From an uncultured Desulfarculus sp. (GTDB lineage: Bacteria > Desulfobacterota > Desulfarculia > Desulfarculales > Desulfarculaceae): DNA of 64,000 nucleotides. Position 1 is the first letter of the stretch. Each line of letters begins with the position of its first letter. Positions 9,362 through 18,188 of this stretch are shown here, in pieces. The DNA is taken from contig CAXXUK010000001.1 in the NCBI GenBank assembly GCA_963665125.2, positions 1,856,001-1,920,000 of the forward strand, given 5' to 3'. Below the pieces are notes generated by a model that had not been told where the DNA came from, made no database searches, and worked only from the letters and a program-made list of their open reading frames with translations. A program made the translations under genes and the position numbers.

Positions 9362-10112
9362 AGCCGCCCTCTACCGAAAAAAGACCATGCATGGAAGCAA
9401 ACAATGCCGCGATTCAAGAAAACATCCTAGCACACCATTGCCGCGCCACAAAGGCTCACTAGTCAGGGCTGAAATTGACCGGCAATATCAATGGTGCGCA
9501 AAATCACAAAAGGGCCACGTTCAAAAACAAACACTGTTACACTCCAGAGGATCAGCCCGTTAGGTTTGAAATTATCTTTATCATTACAACTCGTTACATT
9601 GCTTGTCGCATTTCATTGTTTTCAAGGTTTGGCCGCCAAACAATAGTCACCGCATTGCGACCCTGTTCATTTGCCCCCTTGACTTAAAAAAGACGAATCC
9701 TTTATGGATTTAATAATGTATCTACACACCGGGCCGTACAAGCAGCCAAGAGGTTTATGAAAAAACAAAGCATCGGCAGACCAGGTATAACGTTTGCGCC
9801 GCCATGGCGGAGCACTCGGAATTATTCAACACCTGGTGGCTTTGTTGACCATGGCTGGCCATATTGCCAGCGGTCCGACTTTCGGATCAGCGTGACAAAA
9901 CACAACTTGTTGAGTTTAGACGGCCAAGTACGCCGCCGGGCATGATTTGGGGCTCATTTGCCCCGGCTATGCTGCGGCGGTTTCACATGCATCGATGACC
10001 GCCCAAAGCGTCCGAGGTATTCGGCTAACGAACCGGATAAAACCGGTGAAACAAGTTTGCGTTCAGCGCCTTGGTGCATCTGCGCACCATGGCCGCATGA
10101 TCCGGGAGGCAC

Positions 10113-10913
10113 ATGTCCATCCTGCAAGTTGACGACCTTCACCTGTCGTTTGGCGGACTCAAGGTACTCAACCAGATCAATTTTTCCATTGAGGAAGGCG
10201 AAATTTTCGCCATCATCGGGCCCAATGGCGCGGGCAAGACCTCCATCGTCAATTGCATCAGCGGCTTTTACAAGCCTGACAAGGGACACATCAGCTTTCA
10301 GGGCCGCGACATCTCAAAGGTCAGCGCCGACCGCAGGGCCGGTCTGGGCCTGGGCCGCACATTTCAGAACATCGCCCTGTTCCGGGGCATGACCGTTTTG
10401 GACAATATCAAGCTGGGAGCCCACGCCCACATGAAAACGGGGTTGCTCAGCGCCCTGCTCTATTGGGGCAATGCCCACCGGGAAGAGATGGACCTTCGCC
10501 TGGAGGTGGAGGAGGACGTCATCGATTTCTTGGAGATCCAGAATATCCGCAAGCTTCCGGTCGGTTCATTGGCCTACGGCCTGCAAAAGCGGGTGGAGTT
10601 GGGCCGCGCCTTGGCCATGAAGCCCAAGATATTGCTGATGGACGAACCGGTGGCCGGAATGAACGCCGAGGAGACCGAGGACATGGCCCGGTTCATCCTG
10701 GACATCAAGGAGGAGCGGGATATGACCATTGTGATCATCGAACATGACATGAAGATGATCATGGACATAAGCGACCGGGTAATGGTCGTCAATTTCGGTG
10801 AAAAGCTGGCTGAAGGACGCCCCGAGGAAGTTCAGAACCACCCGGAGGTAATCAAGGCCTACCTGGGAGAAAAGAAAGCCCGCGATGGACATATTCCTGC
10901 AACTGATCGTTAA
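10113..10913 (+). CDS. livG: Liv-type (HAAT) ABC transporter ATP-binding subunit
   Basis: GPNGAGKTS, RTFQN, LAYGLQKRVELGRAL, MDEP, VIKAYLG. Confidence 0.9.
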   Translation: MSILQVDDLHLSFGGLKVLNQINFSIEEGEIFAIIGPNGAGKTSIVNCISGFYKPDKGHISFQGRDISKVSADRRAGLGLGRTFQNIALFRGMTVLDNIKLGAHAHMKTGLLSALLYWGNAHREEMDLRLEVEEDVIDFLEIQNIRKLPVGSLAYGLQKRVELGRALAMKPKILLMDEPVAGMNAEETEDMARFILDIKEERDMTIVIIEHDMKMIMDISDRVMVVNFGEKLAEGRPEEVQNHPEVIKAYLGEKKARDGHIPATDR

Positions 10914-11769
10914 TGGCATTGCCGTCGGAGGCGTCTACGCCCTGATCGCCCTGGGCTTTGTGCTGATCTACAAGGCCACCAGCATCATCAACTTCGCCAC
11001 CGGCGAGTTCATGATGGTCGGGGCGTTCATCTTCTATTCGCTGATGGTCTATCTGGAGCTACCGGCCATAGCCTCGTTCATCGTGGCCATGGCCTTTGCC
11101 GCGTTGCTGGGTTTTTTGGTGGAGCGCCTCATCCTGCGGCACATGCTGGGCCAACCAACCATCAGCATCGTGATGGTCACCATCGGCTTGGGGGCCATCC
11201 TGCTCGGCCTGGCCGAGATGATCTGGGGCGCCGAGTTCCGCAGCTTCCCGCGGTTGTTCCCCAGGGCTCCAATCATTATGGGCGACGTCATCATCCTCTC
11301 GAACCTTTTCTGGGGATTTGTCATCTCCTTGGTGGCCGTGATCATCTTCGCCCTGTTGTTTAAATACGCCAAGGTGGGAGTGGCCATGCGGGCCACGGCC
11401 GACGACCAGGCCGCCTCCTTTTCCATGGGCATCAACGTAAAAAGCATGTTCACCATATCGTGGTCATTCGGGGCCATAGCGGCCAGCCTGGGCGGCATCA
11501 TTATCGGCAACATCGGCGGCGTGCACCCTGAGCTCGGCCACATCGGCCTGAAGATTTTCCCGGTGGTCATCCTGGGGGGACTTGACTCCATCGGCGGAGC
11601 CATCCTGGGGGGATTCATCGTGGGCATCATCGAAAACCTGGCCGGAGGATATCTGGACCCGTACTTCCACGGCGGCATCAAACAACTGGCTCCTTTCGTG
11701 GTCTTGGTGCTTATCCTGCTGGTAAAGCCTTACGGCCTGTTCGGCAAGCATGAAATAGAGAGGCTGTAA
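10885..11769 (+). CDS. livH: Liv-type ABC transporter permease
   Basis: NGIAVGGVYALIALGF..NFATGE, AMRATADD, VILGGLDS. Confidence 0.9.
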   Translation: MDIFLQLIVNGIAVGGVYALIALGFVLIYKATSIINFATGEFMMVGAFIFYSLMVYLELPAIASFIVAMAFAALLGFLVERLILRHMLGQPTISIVMVTIGLGAILLGLAEMIWGAEFRSFPRLFPRAPIIMGDVIILSNLFWGFVISLVAVIIFALLFKYAKVGVAMRATADDQAASFSMGINVKSMFTISWSFGAIAASLGGIIIGNIGGVHPELGHIGLKIFPVVILGGLDSIGGAILGGFIVGIIENLAGGYLDPYFHGGIKQLAPFVVLVLILLVKPYGLFGKHEIERL

Positions 11770-11795
11770 ATGAAACCCGCTGATCGGAACAGCTT

Positions 11796-12839
11796 ATGCG
11801 CATAGGCGATTTCAAACAGTCCTACGCCTCGGACGAGGCCGTATTCCGCACCCCCACGGCCAAGTTCTGGCTGGCGGTGCTCATGGCCGGGCTGTTGATC
11901 TTCCCGTTCGTGGTGGGCAACTACCTGCTGTACATGGCCAACCTGGTTGGCGTGTCCATCGTGGCGGCCGTGGGGTTAAACATCCTGACAGGTTCGGCGG
12001 GCCAGATATCGCTGGGCCATGCGGCCTTCGTGGGCATCGGCGGCTACACGGCGGCGATTCTGACCACCAAGCTGGGCCTGCCCTTTCTGATCTGCCTGCC
12101 CCTGGCGGGGCTGTCGGCGGCGTTTTTCGGGATCATCGTCGGCGCGCCGTCAATGCGCATGAAGGGCCTGTACCTATGCATCGCCACCTTGGCCGCCCAG
12201 GTGATCTTCGAGTTCATCTTCGTGCACTGGCAGTCAATGACCGGCGGCATCAGCGGCATCAACCTGCCGCCCCCGGAGATATTCGGCCTTGCGGTGGACA
12301 ACGAATTCAAGTTCTATTTCGTCAATCTGGCGGTGGTGATCGTCACCGTCACAGTGGCCCGCAACCTGTTCCGCACCAGGGTTGGACGGGCATTCATCGC
12401 CATCCGCGACCGGGACATCTCGGCCGAGCTTATGGGTATAAACCTGTTCCGCTACAAGATGTACGCATTTGCCGTCAGTTCGTTCATGGCAGGCGTGGCC
12501 GGATGCCTGTGGGTCAATTTCCTGCGGGTGGTCACGCCCGAGCACTTCCCGCTCATGGAAAGCATACGCTATCTGGCCATGATCATCGTCGGCGGCCTGG
12601 GCAGCGTGCTTGGCTCCATCTTCGGAGCCATCTTCATGACCATTATCCCCGAGGCCCTGAAAAACATAATGGCCTCATTGGCCGAAACTTTCCCCTTGGC
12701 CATGAGCTATCTGTTCCCCATGCAGCAGGTGGTCTTCGGCTTGCTGATAGTGGTGTTCCTGGTGTTCGAGCCCCATGGTTTGGCCGAGATTTGGCGCAGG
12801 ACCAAGGATTATTTCCGCCTTTGGCCCTTCAAGTACTAG
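11796..12839 (+). CDS. livM: Liv-type ABC transporter permease
   Basis: GLNILTGSAGQISLGHAAF, GLYLCIATL, GRAFIAIRD, IVGGLGS. Confidence 0.9.
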   Translation: MRIGDFKQSYASDEAVFRTPTAKFWLAVLMAGLLIFPFVVGNYLLYMANLVGVSIVAAVGLNILTGSAGQISLGHAAFVGIGGYTAAILTTKLGLPFLICLPLAGLSAAFFGIIVGAPSMRMKGLYLCIATLAAQVIFEFIFVHWQSMTGGISGINLPPPEIFGLAVDNEFKFYFVNLAVVIVTVTVARNLFRTRVGRAFIAIRDRDISAELMGINLFRYKMYAFAVSSFMAGVAGCLWVNFLRVVTPEHFPLMESIRYLAMIIVGGLGSVLGSIFGAIFMTIIPEALKNIMASLAETFPLAMSYLFPMQQVVFGLLIVVFLVFEPHGLAEIWRRTKDYFRLWPFKY

Positions 12840-12949
12840 GGCGGGCGGCAAAAAACATAGACGGGCTATCGCAATTGGCCACGCCAGCGAAAGACCAGCA
12901 GTGATGCGACGCGGCCCAAAACCAAACTCTTGAGGGAGGTACTTTAATC

Positions 12950-14131
12950 ATGAGGCTAAAATCGTTTCTCTGCCTGGTAGCGGTCCTATGCCTGACGGCC
13001 GCCATGACGACACCGGCCCTGGCCGCCGATGAAATCGTGGTGGGCGGCTGCCAGCCCATTACCGGCCGCTTCGCCTTTGCCGGCAAGCACATCCACCAGG
13101 GACTGGCCGACTACCTGGACTACACCAACTCTCAGGGTGGCATCGACGGCATCAAATTCAGATACATCTACGAAGACACCGGCTACGACCTCAAGCGGGC
13201 CATCGCCTCGTTCAAGAAAATCATGGCCCAGGACAAGCCGGTGATGATGTACGGCGAGTCCACGGGCCTGGGCAAGGCCATGGCCGAAGACATCAACAAC
13301 CGTTACCACGTGCTCTACGGGTCAACCAGCTTCTCGGAAATGCTGGCCGACCGGGCCAAGAATCCCTATATCTTCGTCTCCGGGCCGACCTACGCCCAAC
13401 AGTTCGGCGTGCTGCTTAAATACATAGCCGAGCATCCCAAAAAGAAGGGCGTGGCGCCCAAGGTGGCCTTCTTCTACAGCGACACAGAATTCGGCCGCGA
13501 TCCCATCCCCTATGCCAGGGAAATGGCCCAAAAGCTGGGCATCGAGGTGGTTGCCGAGGAAGTGACCAAGGTCGGCGCGGTGGATATCACCAGCCAACTC
13601 CTGGACCTCAAGAGGAAGCAGCCCGACTTCTGCATCTTCCAGGGCTATGTCGTCTCGCCAATCAACCAGGTGATTCTTGGAGCCAAGGACTTTGGCCTGG
13701 ACATCACCTTCATGGGCACCTTCTGGGCCATGAACAAGATGCTGTTGGACAAGCTGGGCGCCGACGCCGAAGGCTACATGGGCGTCAACCCCTATGCCTA
13801 TTGGTATGAAGAAGACGTGCCCATGATCAAGGTCATCCGGGAGTACAACGCCAAGCATCACCCGGATGAAAAGTACCGCCCCAACTCCTACATGCAGGGA
13901 TGGTTCACGGGCATGATCTATGTCAAGCTGGCCCAAATGTGCAAGGCCAAGGGCCTGCCCATCACCGGCGAAAACCTCAAGAGCATGATTCCCGAGATCA
14001 AGGACTGGGACACCGGCGGTCTGGCCGGAAAGATCAGCTTTAAAAGCTCCAACGCCACGGCCCAGGGCAAGGTCTTCCAGGCCAAGGGCGGAAAATACGT
14101 TCCGGTCTCCGACTGGATTCAATTGGACTAA
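12950..14131 (+). CDS. Liv-type ABC transporter substrate-binding protein
   Basis: Signal peptide (ALA-ADE), PITGRFA..G, NSQGGIDG, EDTGYD; GGGAGG RBS. Confidence 0.9.
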   Translation: MRLKSFLCLVAVLCLTAAMTTPALAADEIVVGGCQPITGRFAFAGKHIHQGLADYLDYTNSQGGIDGIKFRYIYEDTGYDLKRAIASFKKIMAQDKPVMMYGESTGLGKAMAEDINNRYHVLYGSTSFSEMLADRAKNPYIFVSGPTYAQQFGVLLKYIAEHPKKKGVAPKVAFFYSDTEFGRDPIPYAREMAQKLGIEVVAEEVTKVGAVDITSQLLDLKRKQPDFCIFQGYVVSPINQVILGAKDFGLDITFMGTFWAMNKMLLDKLGADAEGYMGVNPYAYWYEEDVPMIKVIREYNAKHHPDEKYRPNSYMQGWFTGMIYVKLAQMCKAKGLPITGENLKSMIPEIKDWDTGGLAGKISFKSSNATAQGKVFQAKGGKYVPVSDWIQLD

Positions 14132-14136
14132 CAGGC

Positions 14137-14172
14137 TCCCGGGCCGGGGCGTGGCTTCGCTCTGGCCCGGGA
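14137..14172 (+). other. Strong intra-operon stem-loop (15 bp) after the binding-protein gene
   Basis: TCCCGGGCCGGGGCG-TGGCTT-CGCTCTGGCCCGGGA, with no U-tract. Confidence 0.6.
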
Positions 14173-14174
14173 CC

Positions 14175-14987
14175 ATGGAGAGCGGTTTGGCGCCCCTATT
14201 GCAAATCAACAACCTCGAGGTTGTCTACAATAACGTAATCCTGGTGCTTAAGGGATTGTCCCTACAGGTCCAAGAGGCATCAATCGTTGCGCTGCTGGGC
14301 TCCAATGGAGCCGGCAAGTCCACTACCCTCAAGGCCATCAGCGGGTTGCTTCCCTTGGAAGACGGCGAGATCACCGATGGTCAGATCCTCTATCAGGACA
14401 CCCCCTTGGCCGGACTGGCTCCCCACAAAATCGTAAGGACCGGAATCTTCCAGGTCATGGAAGGCCGCCGCATCTTCGAGGATCTTACGGTGGAGGAAAA
14501 CCTCGCCTGCGGGGCCTATACCCGCCGAGACCGAGCCGGCGTAAACCAGGACATGGAAAAGTGCCTGAATTACTTTCCGGTCCTGAAAAAACGAATCAAG
14601 CAAACGGCGGGGTACCTTAGCGGCGGCGAACAGCAGATGCTGGCCATCAGCCGGGCGCTGTTGGCCCGGCCCAAGCTGATGATGCTCGACGAGCCGTCCC
14701 TGGGCCTGGCCCCGCTGCTGGTCGAGGAAATATTCGAGATCATAGCCAAGATCAACAAAAACGAGGGCACCACGATCCTGCTGGTGGAGCAAAACGCCCA
14801 GATGGCCCTGGAGATAGCCGACTACGGCTACATCATGGAAAACGGCCGGGTGGTCCTGGACGGCGAGGTCGATTTGCTCCTGGGCGACCAGGACGTGCAG
14901 GAATTTTATCTGGGCGTGGGCCATGCCGGTAAAGGCAGCTACCGCGACGTCAAGCATTACAAGCGGAGGAAAAGGTGGTTGAGCTGA
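14175..14987 (+). CDS. livF: Liv-type ABC transporter ATP-binding subunit
   Basis: GSNGAGKST, EGRRIF, LSGGEQQMLA, LDEPSLGLAP. Start is ATG 14175 or TTG 14187. Confidence 0.9.
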   Translation: MESGLAPLLQINNLEVVYNNVILVLKGLSLQVQEASIVALLGSNGAGKSTTLKAISGLLPLEDGEITDGQILYQDTPLAGLAPHKIVRTGIFQVMEGRRIFEDLTVEENLACGAYTRRDRAGVNQDMEKCLNYFPVLKKRIKQTAGYLSGGEQQMLAISRALLARPKLMMLDEPSLGLAPLLVEEIFEIIAKINKNEGTTILLVEQNAQMALEIADYGYIMENGRVVLDGEVDLLLGDQDVQEFYLGVGHAGKGSYRDVKHYKRRKRWLS

Positions 14988-16789
14988 GCGGAAAGACCCT
15001 GCCCCAGCTTTTTTTGGAGCAAGTGGCCCGGCGCGGCGACCAAATCGCCTTGCGCGAAAAGGATCTAGGCATCTGGCAGCCGGTGACCTGGAACGACTAC
15101 CTTCGCCACGTCAAGGATTTTGCCATGGGGCTACTCAGCCTGGGCTTCCGGCGGGGCGATCACCTGGCCATTGTCAGTGAAAACTGCCGCGAGTGGCTTT
15201 ACGCCGACCTGGCCAGCACCTGCCTGGGCGGCGTTACCCTGGGAGTCTACCCCACCAGCCCCTATCCCGAAGTGTATTACGTGGTCAACCACTCCGATTC
15301 GGTGATGGTGCTCTGCGAGGATCAGGAGCAGACCGACAAAATATTGGAAGTAATCGATGACCTTCCTTCCCTGAAAAAGATCATCGTCAAGGATATGAAA
15401 GGCCTGCGCAACTACCCCAAGGAGCGCATCATCTCCTTTGAGGAGGTCGAAGCCCTGGGCAGGTTGCTCGATACAAAAGACCCGGAGCGTTTTTACCGCG
15501 AAGTGGAGCGGGGCAAACCCGAGGACGTCTGCATTATGATCTACACCTCGGGGACCACCGGCCCGCCCAAAGGGGCCATGGTAAACCACCGCAACGTGGA
15601 GGCCATGACTGTCGCCTCGGCCGAGGCCATGGAGATGAGCCCGGAAGACAGCGTGGTCTCCTATTTACCCCTGTGCCACGTGGCCGAGCAGATATTCAGC
15701 TTGTATCTGCCCCTGCATCTGGGCGTGACGGTGAACTTCGCCGAGGGCGTCGCCACCATCCAAAACGATCTGCGGGAGATCGCGCCCACGGTTTTTCTGG
15801 GCGTGCCGCGGATCTGGGAAAAGCTGCAAAACTCCATCGTGGTCAATATCAAGGACTCGTCCTGGCTCAAGCGCTTTCTCTATAAAAAATGCTTGGCCGT
15901 GGGTTACAAGATGGCCAACACCATCCTCAAGCGCGAGCAGCCCTCCCCTGGACTAAAGCTGTCCTGGTGGGCCTCGTACTGGCTTTTGTTGCGTTCCCTG
16001 CAAAACTACGTAGGCCTGCGCAAGGTGCGTTTTTGCTTCAGCGCGGCGGCCAAGGTCAGCCCCGAGGTGCTGCGTTTTTTCCACGCCATGGGAATCGCGG
16101 TCAAGGAAGGCTATGGCATGACCGAGTGCACCGGCCTGTCGTTTATCCACATGGGCGACGACATCAAGCTGGGCACCGTGGGCAAGCCGGTTTCCTGCAT
16201 CGAATACCGCATCACCCCGGAAGGCGAGTTGCACAAACGCGGCCCGTCCATATTCATGGGTTACTACAAGAACCCCGAGGCCACCGCCGATACGATCGTC
16301 GACGGCTGGTTGATCACCGGCGACATGGCCGAGGTTGACGTTGACGGCCACGTGGCCATCGTGGACCGCAAGAAAGACATCCTGATCACCTCCGGCGGCA
16401 AAAACATCGCCCCCTCGCTCATTGAAAACGAACTCAAGGTCAGCCCATACATCAAGGAGGCCATCCTTTTGGGCGAGGGCCAGAACTTCATATCGGCACT
16501 GATCCAGATCGATTTCGACAACGTGGGTAAGTGGGCCACCGACAGCCGCCTGGCCTACACCAATTTCAAGTCCCTGTCCCAACTGCCCGAGGTTCGCCGC
16601 CTGATCCAAGAAGAGGTCAACAAGGTCAACGACCAGTTCAGCAGAGTTGAAAATGTCCGCAAATTCCTGCTGCTAACCAAGGAACTCGATCACGACGACG
16701 ATGAGATGACGGCCACAATGAAGGTGCGCCGGGCCAATATCTACAAGAAATTCGCCGATGAAATCGATAAAATTTATGGTAGCGAGTAG
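14975..16789 (+). CDS. Long-chain fatty acyl-CoA ligase (AMP-binding)
   Basis: YTSGTTGPPKG, SYLPLCHVAE, GVPRIWEK, EGYGMTE, TGD, DRKKD..ITSGGKNIAP. Confidence 0.92.
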   Translation: MVELSGKTLPQLFLEQVARRGDQIALREKDLGIWQPVTWNDYLRHVKDFAMGLLSLGFRRGDHLAIVSENCREWLYADLASTCLGGVTLGVYPTSPYPEVYYVVNHSDSVMVLCEDQEQTDKILEVIDDLPSLKKIIVKDMKGLRNYPKERIISFEEVEALGRLLDTKDPERFYREVERGKPEDVCIMIYTSGTTGPPKGAMVNHRNVEAMTVASAEAMEMSPEDSVVSYLPLCHVAEQIFSLYLPLHLGVTVNFAEGVATIQNDLREIAPTVFLGVPRIWEKLQNSIVVNIKDSSWLKRFLYKKCLAVGYKMANTILKREQPSPGLKLSWWASYWLLLRSLQNYVGLRKVRFCFSAAAKVSPEVLRFFHAMGIAVKEGYGMTECTGLSFIHMGDDIKLGTVGKPVSCIEYRITPEGELHKRGPSIFMGYYKNPEATADTIVDGWLITGDMAEVDVDGHVAIVDRKKDILITSGGKNIAPSLIENELKVSPYIKEAILLGEGQNFISALIQIDFDNVGKWATDSRLAYTNFKSLSQLPEVRRLIQEEVNKVNDQFSRVENVRKFLLLTKELDHDDDEMTATMKVRRANIYKKFADEIDKIYGSE

Positions 16790-16831
16790 GTCAGCAAAGC
16801 CAATCCGTTACAAATGCAGTGGCAGCTAAAA

Positions 16832-17179
16832 ATGACCGCGCAAACCGATAAACTGGCAATCATCTGGACCTCGGCCGACCCGGCGGTGGCCCGGCAGGCC
16901 GCTTTCATGTATGCCCGCAATTCAATGATTCAGGAGTGGTGGGGCCGGGTGCAGCTCATCGTCTGGGGTCCGTCGGCCCAAACCCTGGCCCAGGACAAAG
17001 AGCTGCAAAAAGAGATAGGTCCCCTTCTGGAAGCCGGGGTGGAGATAACGGCCTGCAAGGCCTGCGCCGACAGCCTCGGCGCCAGCCCGGCCCTGGAGGC
17101 CCTGGGGATCACGGTCAAATTCATGGGCCAGCCCCTTACCGAGATGCTTAAATGCGGGTGGCGGGTGGTCACGTTTTAG
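16832..17179 (+). CDS. DsrE-family protein
   Basis: LAIIWTS..AFMYARN..WW..LIVWGPS..ACKACAD. Start is 16832 or 16814. Confidence 0.75.
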   Translation: MTAQTDKLAIIWTSADPAVARQAAFMYARNSMIQEWWGRVQLIVWGPSAQTLAQDKELQKEIGPLLEAGVEITACKACADSLGASPALEALGITVKFMGQPLTEMLKCGWRVVTF

Positions 17180-17203
17180 GCCTGTGACCTGTTGAAACGC
17201 AAT

Positions 17204-17243
17204 AGCGGCGGCCTCAAATACGGAGACCGCCGCTTAATTTTTT
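17204..17243 (+). terminator. Intrinsic terminator between convergent dsrE and recR
   Basis: AGCGGCGG...CCGCCGCT stem followed by TAATTTTTT. Confidence 0.65.
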
Positions 17244-17254
17244 CCAACGCCCGG

Positions 17255-17851
17255 CTAATCCAGCTTTTTTCGGGACTCCAGGGAGCGGGCCAGGGTCAGG
17301 CCGTCCATGTACTTGAGGTCGCCGCCCACGGGAATGCCGTAGCCCAGGCGGGTGACCATTATGCCGGTTTCAGCCAAGCTCCGGGCGATGAAGTCGGCCG
17401 TGGCCTCGCCCTCCACCGTGGGGTTGGTGGCCAGGATGACCTCCTCCACGCCTCCCCGGCCCACCCGCCGCAGGAGTTGGTCCAGGCCCAGGTCGGCCGG
17501 GCCCACGCCGTCCATGGGCGACAGGGCCCCGGCAAGGACAAAATACAGACCCCGGTAGACCCCGGCGGACTCCATTGCCGCCAGATCGGCAGGAGACTCC
17601 ACCACGCAGAGTTTGCCGTGATCGCGGTTGGGGTCGCCGCAGATGGCGCAGGGGTCGCGGTCGGCCAGGTTGCGGCACATTCCGCAGGTGCGCACCTGCT
17701 GGCTCACGTTGGCCACTGCCCTGGCCAGGGCCCGTGACTCGTCCGGGTGGGTGCGGACCAGGTGCAGGGCCAGGCGCTCGGCCGTCTTGCGGCCAATGCC
17801 CGGCAAACGACCCAAAGCCGTAATCAGCTCTTGCACTGCGCGGGGGTACAA
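17255..17851 (-). CDS. recR: Recombination mediator RecR
   Basis: LPGIGRKTAERLA HhH, C4 zinc finger, EEVILATNPTVEGEAT Toprim. Confidence 0.97.
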   Translation of the reverse strand: MYPRAVQELITALGRLPGIGRKTAERLALHLVRTHPDESRALARAVANVSQQVRTCGMCRNLADRDPCAICGDPNRDHGKLCVVESPADLAAMESAGVYRGLYFVLAGALSPMDGVGPADLGLDQLLRRVGRGGVEEVILATNPTVEGEATADFIARSLAETGIMVTRLGYGIPVGGDLKYMDGLTLARSLESRKKLD

Positions 17852-17867
17852 AGCTCGCCGTCCAGGG

Positions 17868-18188
17868 CTACATCATGCCGGGGATGTTCATCCCGCCGGT
17901 GATCTTGGACATTTCTTCCTGCATCATCTGCTGGGCCCGGCGCTGGGCCTCGCCCACGGCGGCCACCACCAGGTCGCACAGCATTTCGGCGTCTTCGGGG
18001 TCGATGACCTCGGGCTCCAGCCGCAGGCCCAACAGTTCGCCCCGGCCGTTGACCGTGGCCTCGACCATGCCGCCTCCGGCCTGGGCCGACACCTCGCGGT
18101 TGGCCAGCTCCTCCTGCATCTGCATCATCTTTTGCTGCATCTTCTGGGCCTGTTTCATCAGATTGCCCATGCCGCCTTTTGGCATCAT
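17868..18188 (-). CDS. ybaB: YbaB/EbfC nucleoid-associated protein
   Basis: MKQAQKMQ..AGGGMV..DPEDAEML; conserved dnaX-ybaB-recR order. Confidence 0.95.
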   Translation of the reverse strand: MMPKGGMGNLMKQAQKMQQKMMQMQEELANREVSAQAGGGMVEATVNGRGELLGLRLEPEVIDPEDAEMLCDLVVAAVGEAQRRAQQMMQEEMSKITGGMNIPGMM

